64,000 bases of DNA from Octopus sinensis (GCF_006345805.1 NC_043001.1:108314001-108378000); one strand, 5' to 3'; shown: positions 1 through 13,230, counted from the stretch's first letter. Notes: a model not told the origin generated them from the letters alone. Translations and numbers: made by a program.

Positions 1-125
1 ATCATTATCATCATCATAACCATTATTGCCATCACCATCAGTGGTCAGCATCATCATCATCTTCATCACCAATGCTATAGCCATCATAATCATCACCATC
101 GTCAACCTCTTCGTTACCATCATCG
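1..125. repeat. Degenerate (CAT/CAC)n trinucleotide repeat
   Basis: Visible ATC/CAT/CAC periodicity. Confidence 0.85.
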
Positions 126-487
126 TTATCTTTTGAGAAAATCTTAATCAAATTGCATTGTGATGGGGAAGGATAAAAAAAAATTACACTTTTGGTTTTT
201 TTTTTTTTTTTTTAATCTCTTTATTTTTTTTTTCCTTTTTATACAACAATAATACCCGTAATTAACTGAATGAGAGTCATACTGTGGTGTATAGCCTTAT
301 GTAAGCAGTACCGGAGTGGTAGATGGCTAACAGACATTATAACAATGTCATTGTATAGTGGTGATGGTGTGAGGAAGAGGAGGGAGAGGAGGACAACAGT
401 GCCAGATTAAACAGCAGCAACAATTTCATATGAATTAATTTCCATTTCTGTGGTTGAAATTACAGGCAATCGGTTCACTTGCTTTAG

Positions 488-489
<2 letters not shown>

Positions 490-534
<45 letters not shown>

Positions 535-752
535 TCTTTCCCTTGCTCTCTGTCTTTCTCTCTCTCTTTCCCTTGCTTTCTCTCTCTTTCTCTTGTTCTC
601 TCCCTTCCTCACTCTTTTTCTTGCTCTCTCCTTATCTTGCTTTCTCTCTCTCTCTCTTGCTGTCTCTTTCTCTCTCACTCTCTTGCTCTCTCTCGCTCTC
701 TCTTTCACACTCACTTTCTCTCTTGCTCTCGCTTTCTCTTTCTCTTCTCTTG

Positions 753-786
<34 letters not shown>

Positions 787-862
787 CTCTCTTGCTCTTT
801 ATCACTCTCTCACTTTCTCTCTCACTCTCTTGCTCTCTCACTTTCTCTTTCGCTTTCTCTCT
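490..862. repeat. (CT)n compound microsatellite
   Basis: CT/CTT/CTTG repeats; source of the spurious L/S-rich and R/E-rich ORFs. Confidence 0.95.
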
Positions 863-1189
863 ACAACTTGTTAGGATCAGCAGAGCAATCTCTCTCAGAT
901 CTCATTTTAACATTTTACATTTAAGACAGAACACTTTTGACCAAGTAATTCTAAATAGCCTTAAAACACACAGCAACATGACTAGAAGCTATACAACAAA
1001 GACGATTTCACCAACTTTACAGCAATATATATATATATATATACATACACACAATTCAATTTACGATGAAAGTAAGCTTTAGAAGCGTTGAGATGTATTG
1101 AAAGATACAGAAATAATTTTTTCTCAAACGCATGATAATGCTAATACAAAAGCATGAACAGGATAAACTATGCATAAATTGCAAAAAAA

Positions 1190-1375
1190 TTGTTACTGGC
1201 CAGCCATGAGACTCGAACTCAAATCCCTGAGATTACATGTCAAGTGCTTTACCTTTAAGCTTAACTGCCCCATAACAAATTGTTCTGACTATCCATATAT
1301 TGTAAAAATAAATTTGTTACTGGCCAGCCATGAGACTCGAACTCAGATCCCTGGGATTATGTATCAAGTGCTAGG
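1190..1375 (-). mobile_element. Two tandem tRNA-derived SINE-head relics
   Basis: Minus strand AGCTTAAAGGTAAAGCACTTGACATGTAATCTCAGGGATTTGAGTTCGAGTCTC has A/B-box-like motifs; a second copy lies at ~1313-1375. No proper acceptor stem. Confidence 0.6.
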
Positions 1376-1548
1376 GTTGATCCATTCAGACAAAATTCTT
1401 CAAAACAGTGCCCCAGCATGGCCACAGTCTAATGATTTAAGCAAGTAAAAGATAAATTACTTCAAGGAAATACAGCGGTATCTCTTTGAAGATACCACTC
1501 ACCAAGCGGTGACGGGGGGGGGGGGGACAAACACACACACACACACAC

Positions 1549-1583
<35 letters not shown>

Positions 1584-2115
1584 CGGGCTACTTTCAGTTT
1601 CCGTCTCCTGAATCTACTCACAAGGCTTTGGCTGGTCTGAGGTTATACCAAACATCACCCCACGCTTCAGTCACAATCCAGACAACCGTGGTAACTATCA
1701 CAGCAAAGCGACCAACCATCCACTGAAATCATGGCCCATAAAAATAGCTGTATGCTAAGCTAACTTTGTTCATATCTACTTTACTTGCTACATGGGAATT
1801 CTTCAGTACTTTGTAACACTTAACCCTAAGCCGTACAAAGATTATTTTGTGTGTCATATTTTTTTTTAGTTTTTTCCCTTTCATTTAGCATAGCTTCCAC
1901 TCTGAAATTCTCCATGCTATCATGGTTTTGAAAAGACATTTAGTAGTAAGATGATAAAATGAAAGATTAATATTTCAGGGTATGAACATTCAATTAGATT
2001 AAATTAGATACTCCACAAGCACAAATTTAAGATGGAAAAAGTGTGCACAGTATGCATGTATGGATGAAGAGAGAGATAGGTATGTGAGATATGTGTGCGT
2101 GAGTGTGTGTGTACA

Positions 2116-2170
<55 letters not shown>

Positions 2171-2216
2171 GTTGTGATTAATAAAAATTCTAGTATCTTC
2201 CATCTTCCGTTCCATC

Positions 2217-2262
<46 letters not shown>

Positions 2263-2934
2263 ATGTATATATAAATTATTTTCAACTAGTGGCATTCTGT
2301 ATAATGCATTTTAAAAATCACAGAACAAGTGATCTTAATTAGATATACCTGTACACTGGATATAGATATACCATTACACTTCATACCCAGATATACTTCT
2401 ACACACCAAAATACAGAACTGTATATCTTGCCTTATTAAATAAAACATACCCCAGCTCCCATCCAACAAAATATTTACACTAGGAAACTTTTCCAAAAAC
2501 TTGTGAATGTCATCTTTTGCATGTAGAGGAAGGCTCACTTCCACAAATTAGATTTAATCTCACAACCTAAATACCACTACACTATCAAAACACATAACTA
2601 CTTCCTAAATAAAGCATCAAAGACTTAAAGCTCTTTGAAGCCAACTTTCTAAAACTGGTAACCAACATTAAATTCTGCAGGAACATTAATCTTTCCCAAC
2701 TTCTACCTAAGAAGATTAAAAATTCTAATGAAGCACAATTTTTCAGGCAAGGCTAAGAGGCCATACGAAGTAGACAACAGCCTCCACACAGTAACTAATA
2801 AAAGACATAACCCACATTTAATGAAGGATTAGCTCACATACACACATGCATACATATACATACATACATGATGATGGTCATCCACTCGTGACTGAGGAAG
2901 ACCACTGCTGACCTTTAGGAACATTGTGCGCTCT

Positions 2935-3207
2935 AAGACTAACTTATATTTTGCATTTGCGGCTCCTTTGGAGACTAATGAGCCCTGCTCTTGACAAGCA
3001 TACATGACTACAAACATTGCAAGCCAAACTTTCCCCATTCACTACCCCAGCAGTGCGCTTTGAGGAGCATGCTTAAATTCTTCATGCAGAATACATGCTC
3101 TCTCAAAAGTGTTGATCCCCTCCTTAACCTGCTTCCTCCATCTGTGGCGATGACAGGCATTACTCTCCCAGGCAGTCTCAAGCATATCACAGGCTTTTAA
3201 TGAGGAC
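2935..3207 (-). pseudogene. Decayed RTE-type LINE ORF2 C-terminus
   Basis: Pieces LKACDMLETAWESNACHRHRWRKQVKEGINTFE and CNVCSHVCLSRAGLISLQRS resemble RTE/BovB-like C-termini; stops and frameshifts present. Confidence 0.6.
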
Positions 3208-3259
<52 letters not shown>

Positions 3260-3264
3260 CATAC

Positions 3265-3533
3265 ATAGTTCAGGTTTATACCTGTAATTATTGGGGTCCT
3301 GGGATATGTAACACACTGCCTAAATACCAATCTTGAGAAATTAGGCTTCTCAAAACCAGAAAGGAGAAAGCTAATTCCAAGACTACAGATCCAATCCATC
3401 ACTGGAACTGTAAAAATCTGTAGAACTTTCCAGAAGTTTATCATTTAAATATATATGAGCATGCCTAGATATGTAATTCTATGCATTAGAATACATAAAT
3501 AAAACAAAACATACAAATCTGCATGCACGCGCA

Positions 3534-3584
<51 letters not shown>

Positions 3585-4080
3585 TACATACATACATACA
3601 TACATACATACATACATACATACATAAATACCCTGTTGTTGATGTTGAAATTCCAACGAAGGGGTCTTGGATCTAGGTTAGAAACCAGTTCTATCTCTAT
3701 TGGCAAGAAATCTTGAAATAAACTTAATAATGACATACAGGAGACTCTATAATGAAATCTGTCGGAAGGATAACCCGGAGGTTCAAAACCAGAAAGGGGA
3801 AAGCTAATTCGAAGCTAATTCCAATCGATCACTGGAACTGTAAAAATCTGTAAGACTTTCCGGAAGTTTATCATTTATGTATATATTAGCATGTGTAGAT
3901 ATGAAACTATATGCATAAGAATAGATACATAAAACAAAACATACAAATCTGCCGATGCATACAAACAAAAATGCCCTATTGCTGATGTTGAAATTCCAAT
4001 GAAGGAACCTTAGATCTGCATTAGAAACCAGTTCTTTCTCTACTGGCAAGAAATCTTGAAATAAAACTTAAGAATGACAT
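3265..4080 (+). mobile_element. Two tandem 3' ends of a restriction-like-endonuclease (R4/Dong-like) LINE
   Basis: Frame FIPVIIGVLGYVTHCLNTNLEKLGFSKPERRKLIPRLQIQSITGTVKICRTFQKFII* plus 3' UTR (3265-3735); a shorter second copy spans ~3783-4080. Confidence 0.55.
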
Positions 4081-5058
4081 GCACGTATATGCTATTAACT
4101 GTGAGGTTAAAATAAAAAAAAAATTTTTTTAACAGTAGCATATAACTTAAATGCAGACACCAGACTAGAAACACTTGTTAAATGGCAAGCATTTATCACA
4201 CTCAAGGATTACAAAGACTGTTCTGCCTCTAATCACCAGAGGAGGCTTATTAACTCCCATCAAGTCCAAGATAGAACTCATTACTAACAAAATAATTACC
4301 AACGTCATTAATAATCTTTTCTATTATAGGTACAAGGCCTGGAATCTTTTCTTTTTTTGTGTGTGTGTGGTGGGGAACTAGTTGATTACATCAAGCCCAG
4401 TGTTTCATTGGTACTTAATATATCAACCCCAAAAGAATGAAAGGCAAAGTCAACGTCGGCAGAATTTGAACTCAGAACGTAGCAATGGGCAAAAGCCAAG
4501 TGAAATTGTAGTCATGGCAGATACCAACATCACGGTAATAGCACCCTTACCAGTGGCAAATAAAGGTACTAAATACACCTCCAGAGTGGTTGGCATTAGG
4601 AAAGGAATCCAGCCACATCAGACTGGAGTCTTGTGCAACCTCCCAGTTTACCGACCCTAGTCAAATTGTCTGACCCATGCCAGCATGGACAACAGACGTT
4701 AAATGACTAAGAAGGAGGAGGAGGAGGAGAAGAAGAAGAAGAAAAAGAAGAAGAGGTGTATACACAATATTATTGTTCAAGCAGGCCTATGGAAAAAGGC
4801 ATTGAAGCCATGAGAACCCTATCTTTTTGTCATAAGGACTACACTGTTTACTGTGTCCTTCCTTTTCCAAGACTGTAGGAGATTTAGCTGCTTTTTCTAA
4901 CAGTTTGAGTAACACTCAGAAGCTCTTATCTGTGTCTACCAGTGTACTGTAATGGAAATTGCTGTGTGTGTATGTGAGTGCGTGTGTGTGTGTGTGTGTG
5001 TGAATGTACATTATTCACTGTGTGTATATTGGAGATGTGTGTCTATATATTGATGTTA

Positions 5059-5288
5059 TTTCTTTATTGCTCACAAGGGACTGAACATAGAGGAGACAAA
5101 CAAGAACAGACAAAGGGATTAAGTCGATTACATCGACCCCAGTGTGTAACTGGTACTTAATTTATCGACCCCGAAAGAATGAAAGCAAAGTCGAACTCGG
5201 AGGAATTTGAACTTAGAACGTAACGGCAGACAAAATACTGCTAAGCATTTTGCCCGGCGCCCTAACGTTTCTACCAGCTCGCGGCCTT
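5059..5288 (-). mobile_element. SINE family B (tRNA-like head, Deu/Nin-like central domain)
   Basis: Head AAGGCNGCGAGCTGG, B-box GAGTTCAAATTCC, motif CCTTTCATCCTTTCGGGGTCGATAAATTAAGTACC; many copies in the window. Confidence 0.85.
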
Positions 5289-6377
5289 TATATATTGATG
5301 TTACTGTGTGCATGCTTTGAGGGAGGTTTGACTGCTGTTTCAAGTAGTCTGAGTGACTACTCAGAGGCTTTGTCATCGAAGCTCTCTAGATGGTTGTTCT
5401 TGCAACATCCCAGATTAGCTGCCATCAAAGAGACTTATCATAAAAGACAGTCCAGCCATGACCATTCTACCTTTGTATACTACAGAATACTAGGGACCAC
5501 ATTGTCCAATGTGGCATTCCATTTTTAGCAGCTAAATTTCCTTCAAATTACACCCCTACCCTCTAAAAACGAAAGGGCTGCATCAGATAATTCGGTCCTA
5601 TTTGAAAAGTAAGAATGGATTAAATTGATCAAGATGAAAATCCTTTGATCACGGGTCTACTCAATCAGGACTGAACTATGGTCAAACAACAAAACAAAGA
5701 AATCATCTTTTTTATTTATTTATTCATTTTTTTTTTTGGTATGATATTCTAGCTTTTATGAAATTAAGTTAAAAAGAACAACTATTTTTACTGATACACA
5801 TGATAAAACAAATAAAAAGAAAATCTAGGATTTTCTGTCAATTGTGCTGTAAAGAGAAATGAAGAAATTACAAAACCCCAAAGCAACAACAACAACAACA
5901 ACAATATAAATATAGCCACTGATACTCATTTATTTATTTATTTTCCTTCCTGTCTAAGCAATCCAAAGAAATTCCTAAATAACATTCAGTCTTTCGGAAT
6001 AGTACACAGATGCTTAGATTATCATGTAAGATTTCTACAAACACAATGTGCATGTCAATTTCGTTGGGAGGTTTTGTTTATTAATTTTTATTATATTTGT
6101 TAATTATTTTCATTTATTTTATTTATTTATTTTTTTTTTTTGGTGTAGTTATTTTTTATTCCTTGAGTTGAAAACGTACAGTGGCAGTGGTGGTGGTTGT
6201 TGTAGGTAGGTAGGTAAAGAAGAAGAGGTTCCGAATGTCTAGAAGAGAAGGATGCCAGCCCATAAACAATAACATGCACTACAATGCTTATACCTGTCGT
6301 TTGCAGGCAGCTATATAAACTGCACATAGTGAAAACTAAACAATGGAACAAAACGCCTGCACACAAACAGATATACA

Positions 6378-6436
<59 letters not shown>

Positions 6437-6619
6437 GTGGTGGTGGGTGTTCAAAGAGAGTCAAGAACATCCCATGCTTTGAAATACATTAAATTCCCTC
6501 TTATCAACGGAAGATGCTCGCTAAAGATATGTACTTCTATATTTGAAGAAACTAACACACAATAAATTCTCTCTTATCTGATACTCAACCAGAATTTCCA
6601 AGCAACCCTACCACCCAGC

Positions 6620-6667
<48 letters not shown>

Positions 6668-6744
6668 GCAGGCTTCTTTTATTATCTTCTATTTTTAATT
6701 AGGGTCAGGAGAAATTGTGCTAAATTACGTTAATTGTTCTTTAA

Positions 6745-7172
6745 CCCTTTGGCATTCAGATAACACTGCCAAATGTAATGTTTATTCATATAGTTTTGAA
6801 TTAATCATGCATTATCTCGTAGCTTTAAGATTTCAATGATGTGATTGTTTATTTTTAGAATGACATTGTAGGATAAGTGTGAAAGGCCAGATTTGGTCAG
6901 TTTGTACATCATCATCATTATCATCGTTTAACGTCCGTTTTCCATGCTAGCATGGGTTGGACGGTTCGACCGGGGTCTAGCAAGTCAAGAGGCTGCACCA
7001 GGTTCCAGTCTGATCAGGCAGTGTTTCTACAGCTGGATGCCCTTCCTAACACCAACCACTCCATGAGTGTAGTGGGTGCTTTTTACGTGCCACCAGCACA
7101 GTGCTGAAGAATAAGTAATTGACATCGCTAGTAGGGGCTGGATACAAAACAGGCCTAACTGCTGCTAAAGGG
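6745..7172. mobile_element. piggyBac-like MITE interrupted by an RTE-tail element
   Basis: TTAA|CCCTTTGGCA ... TGCTAAAGGG|TTAA termini; homologous to copies at 34075, 34643 and 56515. Confidence 0.75.
6907..7103 (-). mobile_element. RTE 3'-tail element nested in the MITE
   Basis: Reverse complement of the 3' end of the RTE at 27290-27470, ending in (GAT)n. Confidence 0.85.
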
Positions 7173-8067
7173 TTAAAAACAGAAAGTTTCTATTTTATCT
7201 AAAATGGATTGTTGTTTCTCATAGTATAGGCTTTTATTTAATTGTATATACTGTACCTAATCTAATTACCTTTATTTAATTAAGAAGATCCACTATCAGC
7301 TACCAGTCTTCAACAGTATACAGGAATTCTATCCAACTTTAAGAAAAAAAGACAGTTTTCTTCCAAGGGTGGTATTTACTGGACTGAGTGGCTGTAGGGA
7401 CCACCTCTGTAACTGCCTTGAGTGCCTGCTCATGGTACTTGAGGATTGCAGCTATTTGCCAAGACTCAGGGGGTAGCTGCTGAAAAGGTGCTAAAGGGAC
7501 TCTCTTCTGGAGTAAAGTGAGCAGGGGAACAATTCACTTCTGCCCCATGTGTGAAGGTTTGTTGGGCTTGGTAAAGCATAATATACAACCTGGGTCGGGT
7601 CAGAGAGAGAGAGAGAGAGAATTTGTGTCTATGTTTATACTGGTCTAAAGTATGATTTTGTTGTTCATTTTGTGTAGTTAAATGTCCAGTAACTTCACCG
7701 CCAGTAATTCAATAAAAAGCGATTGGTAAATAGAAGTATACCAGAATGGTACAAGTACTTAGATCAATATCATCATCCAAAACCCTTAAACACAGTGCTC
7801 CAGCATGGCCATGGTCTAATGATTGAATACAGGAAACAAGTAAAAAAAAAAAAAAACACAATAAAATGAAATATAAAATCAGTAACGATGTTTCTTGCCA
7901 AGTTTTCTTTCTGTTGCACTGGGTGGTTAATATTGATTTACAGTAAGTTACATATTTAGTTAAAAAAATAACGAGCTGGTTTTAATGCCTTGTGAAGTAG
8001 ATAATGGCACGAGATATAGAAAATGGATAATCAACAAGTGAACAAGTGTGATACATAAAAATTATCA

Positions 8068-9108
8068 CTGTCGCCGTTTAATGTCTGCTTTTCATGCTGG
8101 CATGGGTTGGACGGTTTGACTGAGGACTGGCAAGCCAGGAGGCTGCACCAGGCTCCAATCCGATTTTGCATTGATTCTACAGCTGGATGCCCTTCCTAAT
8201 GCCAACCACTCCGAGAGTGTAGTGGGTGATTTTTTATGTGCCACCGCCACGAGGGCCAGTCAGGGGGTACTGGCATTGGCCACGTTTGGATGGTGCTTTT
8301 TATGTGCCACTAGCATGAGAGCCAGTCACGGGGTACTGGCATTGGCCATGTTTGGAAGGTGCTTTTTATGTGCCACCAGCATGATGGACAGTCAGGGGGT
8401 ACTGGCATTGGCCACATTTGGATGGTGCTTTTCCTGTGCCACCAGCATGAGGGCCAGTCAGGGAGTACTGGCATTGGCCACGTTTGATGGTGCTTTTCAT
8501 GTGCCACCAGCATGATGGACAGTCAGGGGGTACTGGCATTGGCCACATTTGGATGGTGCTTTTTATGTGCCACCAGCATGAGGGCCAGTCAGGGGGTACT
8601 GGCATTGGCCACATTTGGATGGTGCTTTTTATGTGCCACCAGCATGAGGGCCAGTCAGGGGGTACTGGCATTGGCCAAGTTTGATGGTGCTTTTCACGTG
8701 CCACCAGCATGAGGGCCAGTCAGGGGGTACTGACATTGGCCACATTTGGATGGTGCTTTTTATGTGCCACCGGAATGAGGGCCACTCAGGGGGTACTGGC
8801 ATTGGCCATGTTTGGATGGTGCTTTTTACATGCCACCAGCATAAGGGCCAGTCAGGGGGTACTGGCATTGGCCACGTTTGGATGGTGCTTTTTATGTGCC
8901 ACCGGCATGAGGGCCACTCAGAGGGTACTGGCATTGGCCACATTTGGATGGTGCTTTTTACGTGCCACCGGCATGAGGGCCAGTCAGGGGGTACTGGCAT
9001 TGGCCATGTTTGGATTGTACTCTTTACGTGCCACCGGTTCGCCAGACCCCAGTCAAACCATCCAACCCATGCTAGCATGGAAAGCGGACGTTAAACGATA
9101 ATGATGAT
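8068..9108 (-). mobile_element. RTE 3'-tail element with expanded internal array and an inverted second tail
   Basis: Minus-strand tail 8068-8230, array to ~9035, plus-strand tail ~9040-9108. Confidence 0.85.
8228..9035. repeat. Tandem array of ~12 x 66 bp units
   Basis: AGTCAGGGGG recurs at 8521, 8587 and 8653 (period 66); the same unit occurs 1-3 times in other RTE tails. Confidence 0.95.
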
Positions 9109-10253
9109 TATTTGAAACCAATTCAGATCAACAGTGGAGGCATGGTCATATGTATTTAAAAAGTTTGCTTTGCAATGATGTGTTTCTGGGTTCAGTTCTA
9201 CAGTGCAACACTTTGAACAAAAGTCATCAACCAAAAATTTGTGTAGATTCAAACCTTCAGGCTCACTATCCTCATTTTCATGCCCATATTTCTAAGCTTA
9301 CGTGGGTCAGATGGGATTTGATGAAGTAGATTTTCTATATGACAGGATGCCCTTCTTGCCACCAACCTTCACTTCACTTGTTTTCCAAGCAAGGTAATAT
9401 TCCCCCATGGCCAGACATGTGTTCATGGCAGATTGGAAACAAGGGAGACCACCTGCATGATGGTGATACTCATTTACAATTGTCACATGATGTCAAGGCA
9501 AGGAGATAGTAACATACGCACAAACACACACACACACACAAAACATGGTTCTATCAGTTTCCAATGACTGAATCTATTCACAAGGCTTTTTATCAGACCA
9601 GGGCTATAATAGAAGACACTTGCCCAAGGTGCTACACACTAAGACTGGACTTGGAACCATGTAGTTGGGGAGGGGGGGCTGCTTACCACACAGCCACACC
9701 TATGCCTATCACGGAGTAAAATGAAATAAAGTGTGTAATAGCTTATCAATAACCTATCAATTGAGCTCATTTAATGTCCGTTTTCGATGCTGGCATGGGT
9801 TGGACGGTTTCACTGAGGTCTGGAGAGCCAGCGGCTGCACCAGGCTCCAAACTGAGCTGGCAATGTTTCTACAGCTGGATGCCTTTACTAATGCCAGCAC
9901 TCCGAGAGTGTATCACATTTAATCTGACAATTGGTTTCAGAGTACCCCTAGGTACTTGGGTACCTTCAACAAAGCCTCTCTTCTTTGCAAACATTTGGAG
10001 CATGTAACCTATTTCTTTACTACCCACAAGGGGCCAAACACAGAGGGGACAAACAAGGACAGACATAGGCATTAAGTCGATTAATGTAACAGCAGCTGAA
10101 ATACCGCTAAGCATTTCACTCGACGTGCTAACGATTCTGCCAGCTCGCGGCATGTAATCTGTCAGCAGATGATCCTTGAAATCACCATATTTCCCTTCCC
10201 ATTCTTGGATGTCCAGCAAAACATGTCAAAGGTGTTGGCTTTCAGCCACTAAG

Positions 10254-10296
<43 letters not shown>

Positions 10297-10872
10297 TATA
10301 ATTTGAATGGAGGCAATACCAGCGGAAAACTAGAGGAACGTGACCTATTATCCAATAGAATATTCAGTATATATGTGTGTACTTTCTTCAACATTAATAA
10401 ATCAATATAAAGTTTGAGACAATATTAGTATCAAAAACATACAAGCACATAAACATATAAATATTTAACATTTAAAAACACGCAAATATTTAAAAATACA
10501 TAGGCTCAATTTGAGCACTTTGATTCTAGCTTGTTTCTGAGTATAGTTAGAGTTAACAATCTCTATATAAAATAGTATAATTTATATATATATATATAAA
10601 ATGTATATATATATGATGACAGACTCTCCTGTCAAATATGATGTATGAGTGTTCAGTGTCTGCTGAACGACCAGCACAAATAATTTTTCAGTTTATAGTT
10701 TTCAAATGTTCGTGCTGTGCAATTAGCTCACTCCGTCCATCAAATCAACATTACCTCTACAGTTGCACATGTGTGCCACATGTCAGATGGTGAAATGACT
10801 GCAAAGCAGAACTGAACCCATGATTACCTATCGTGAGTACAACACCCAAACCAGAAGGTCACATGCCTTCAC

Positions 10873-10879
<7 letters not shown>

Positions 10880-10918
<39 letters not shown>

Positions 10919-11283
10919 CTGAAGTTGTCTGTGTGTGGCAGTTTGGTAGTCTTCAACTAACACTATCTCCTCCGAGACCCTGCAGCGCAAGTTGACCAAA
11001 ATTGAGAGGATGATAGAAGAAGGCTCGCTCTTCCTTCCGTAGAAGAAAAAATTCAAATCGGACCATGTTAACACCAAAAATTATTTACATCAAAAAGGTG
11101 CTTTTTTTTCTATGATTTTACGATTTTCTTTACTGCTGTGTCGCCATTTTTCGGTGTATTTCAACCAGAAAAATGTTCACTTAAAGAGAATAACAAGCTA
11201 CATAATGCAAAATTTTTAATTTTCAAAAATTCCAATTCTAAAGGGTCAAAATAAACCCGAGCAATGCCGGGCGATACTGCTAG
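10880..11283 (+). mobile_element. Non-autonomous Helitron-like element
   Basis: 3' hairpin CCCG-AGCAATGC-CGGG (11256-11271) then CTAG (11280-11283); 5' end lies in (TA)n and is approximate. Confidence 0.65.
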
Positions 11284-11284
11284 C

Positions 11285-11315
<31 letters not shown>

Positions 11316-11907
11316 ATCAGACAGACAGATGTATGTGTATATAGATCATAAATGACACATATTTGGAAAGCAATGGCATTAATTGTCCAGAATATATTTT
11401 TATCGTTTAATCAATAAACAAGCCTTCAATCTTTTTTGTCATTAATGATTTTTTGACCTTGTCTTCATGGTAATTTGTACTTTTACCTGTGAACAGGTAA
11501 TCTTGTGTATAAATGATGCATTCTGGACAGGGTGAATTTCCAGTTGAGAATTTGTTCGTGGCATTGCTGTGGATCCTGATCAGCTCACATTATCATCCAG
11601 TGTTTTAAAGCCGGGTTTTCTCCCCATTAACAGGGGTGGGCGGATCTACCTCAATGCCATAACAACCAAGGTAGGCAGGTGCAGCCCACCCCAACCTTTG
11701 GGCTGGCTAATACCCATTTTCCTTTGCTATCATGAGGCATTTTTGGAGCTGGATTTTCTACAGGGAGTATGCCCTTGCTTACCCCCAACCTTGGTTTCTA
11801 GACATGAGTGGTCCCAAGACCAAAGCCTCTACTACGATTTTTGAGCTCAGGAAGGCAAATTATTATTATTATGTATTTATTTTATCAGAGTTTTTTTAAT
11901 CTTTTTA

Positions 11908-12155
11908 CCTGTGTGGTAAGAAGCTTTCTTCCCAACCATATGGTTCCGGGTTCAGTCTCACTGTAAGGCACCTTGGGTTGATCAAAGCCTTGTGAGTGGA
12001 TTTGGTAGACAGAAACTGAAAGAAACCTGTTGCGTGTGTGTGTGTGTGTGACTATCTCCTCCCCATCACTGTTTGACAACTGGTGCTGGTGTGTCTACAT
12101 CACTATAACTTAGCAGTTCGGCAAAAGAGCCTGATAGAATAAGTAATAGGCTTTA
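11908..12155 (+). mobile_element. SINE family A (tRNA head, CORE-like domain, central TA/TG microsatellite), decayed
   Basis: CTGTGTGGTAAG...GGTTCAGTC...GCACCTTGGG...GGAAACTGAAAGAA motifs. Confidence 0.8.
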
Positions 12156-12164
12156 AAATATATA

Positions 12165-12564
12165 TACGAGGGTGAGTCAAAAAGTAATTTTGTTTAGGAC
12201 AGGTATAACAACCAACAGAGGAACATGTACCATACATCAAAATGAAGCTGGTCCTCTGTGGATCACATCCCTAATTCTCAACATAGTTACAGTTTCTCTC
12301 AATAGCAATGTTCCACCTTCGAATGAGAGCGTGTATCCCTGCCCCGTAAAATTCTGTTGACTGTTCTTTGAGCCACTTCTTCACTATAGTTTTCACTTCC
12401 TCGTCACTGGAATAATGTTTGCCTCTCGAACCCTCTTTTGTGGGGCCGAAGAGATGATAGTCCAGTGACGAGGAAGTGAAAACTGTAGTGAAGAAGTGTC
12501 TCCAAGAACAGTCAACAGAATTTTACGGGGCAGGGATACATGCTCTCATTCGAAGGTGGAACAT
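12165..12564 (-). mobile_element. mariner 3' fragment with terminal inverted repeat and fold-back duplication
   Basis: TA+CGAGGGTGAGTCAAAAAGT TIR at 12165; 12308-12411 is duplicated in inverted form at 12461-12564. Confidence 0.9.
12271..12462 (-). pseudogene. mariner transposase C-terminal fragment
   Basis: Translates DYHLFGPTKEGSRGKHYSSDEEVKTIVKKWLKEQSTEFYGAGIHALIRRWNIAIERNCNYVEN*, a typical mariner C-terminus. Confidence 0.9.
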
Positions 12565-13230
12565 GGATGGATGGACGGACAAAAGGATGGATGAATATAT
12601 GGATGAATGAATGGACAAATGCTTAGATGGATGTATAGATAGATAGAGAGAGAGAGAGAGAAGCAGATATGGATAGATAGAGAAAGAAAGAGAGAGTGAT
12701 GGAGTAATTGATAGTGGTAGATAAAGTAACTGATAGAGTGATAGAGAGAGTGAGGCAGAAGAGTTAGATAAAAGTAGGTGAATGAGTCACTCTCTGGGAA
12801 TATTGATGTATACATTTCGTAACAATAAGGAGTAAGGTTGGTGAAGGGGAGGTAATTGAAAAACCCAGAGAAGACATAACAATCGTACAGAAAGAATCAA
12901 TAAAGTCTGCAAGAAACTAGAAAATTAAAACAGAAATAAATGGAAAAGAAAAGAAAGAAACGAAATAGAAAAACAAAAAAACAAACAAAAAAAAAGCCCT
13001 GGTATTAGTTGATTGCCAGTTCAGTGAGCAGTAGCTCAGTTTCAGGACAGTAACAGTTGCTATGGAACTGTTACTCAACTCTGCTACCAATTAAACAGGC
13101 TGCATATTGCTGCTGTGCTGCCTGACGTTAACTGATGCAAGAAAGTTTCAGAGACTAAAACCACATTTAGAGGCAGTCACACACACGCTTCATCACCATC
13201 ACCATCACTAACATGGAAGTGATGAGTTTA

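Noticed and set aside
450-1082. 210 aa and overlapping ORFs
   Set aside because: Translations of a (CT)n microsatellite.
2890-2930. CTGAGGAAGACC as a hammerhead start
   Set aside because: No complementary stem II strand or GAAA follows.
4005-4045. Hammerhead-like CCAATGAAGG...AGAAACCAGT in the RLE-LINE 3' UTR (also ~3652-3690)
   Set aside because: Lacks CUGANGA and a convincing stem I.
8228-9035. CRISPR-like array, or repeat-protein ORFs (8171-9101)
   Set aside because: Units are contiguous with no unique spacers and there are no cas genes; the unit derives from the RTE 3' UTR, and ORFs arise because 66 is a multiple of 3.
11569-11844. 91 aa ORF
   Set aside because: Its 3' part is a decayed RTE-tail-like repeat and there is no protein resemblance.
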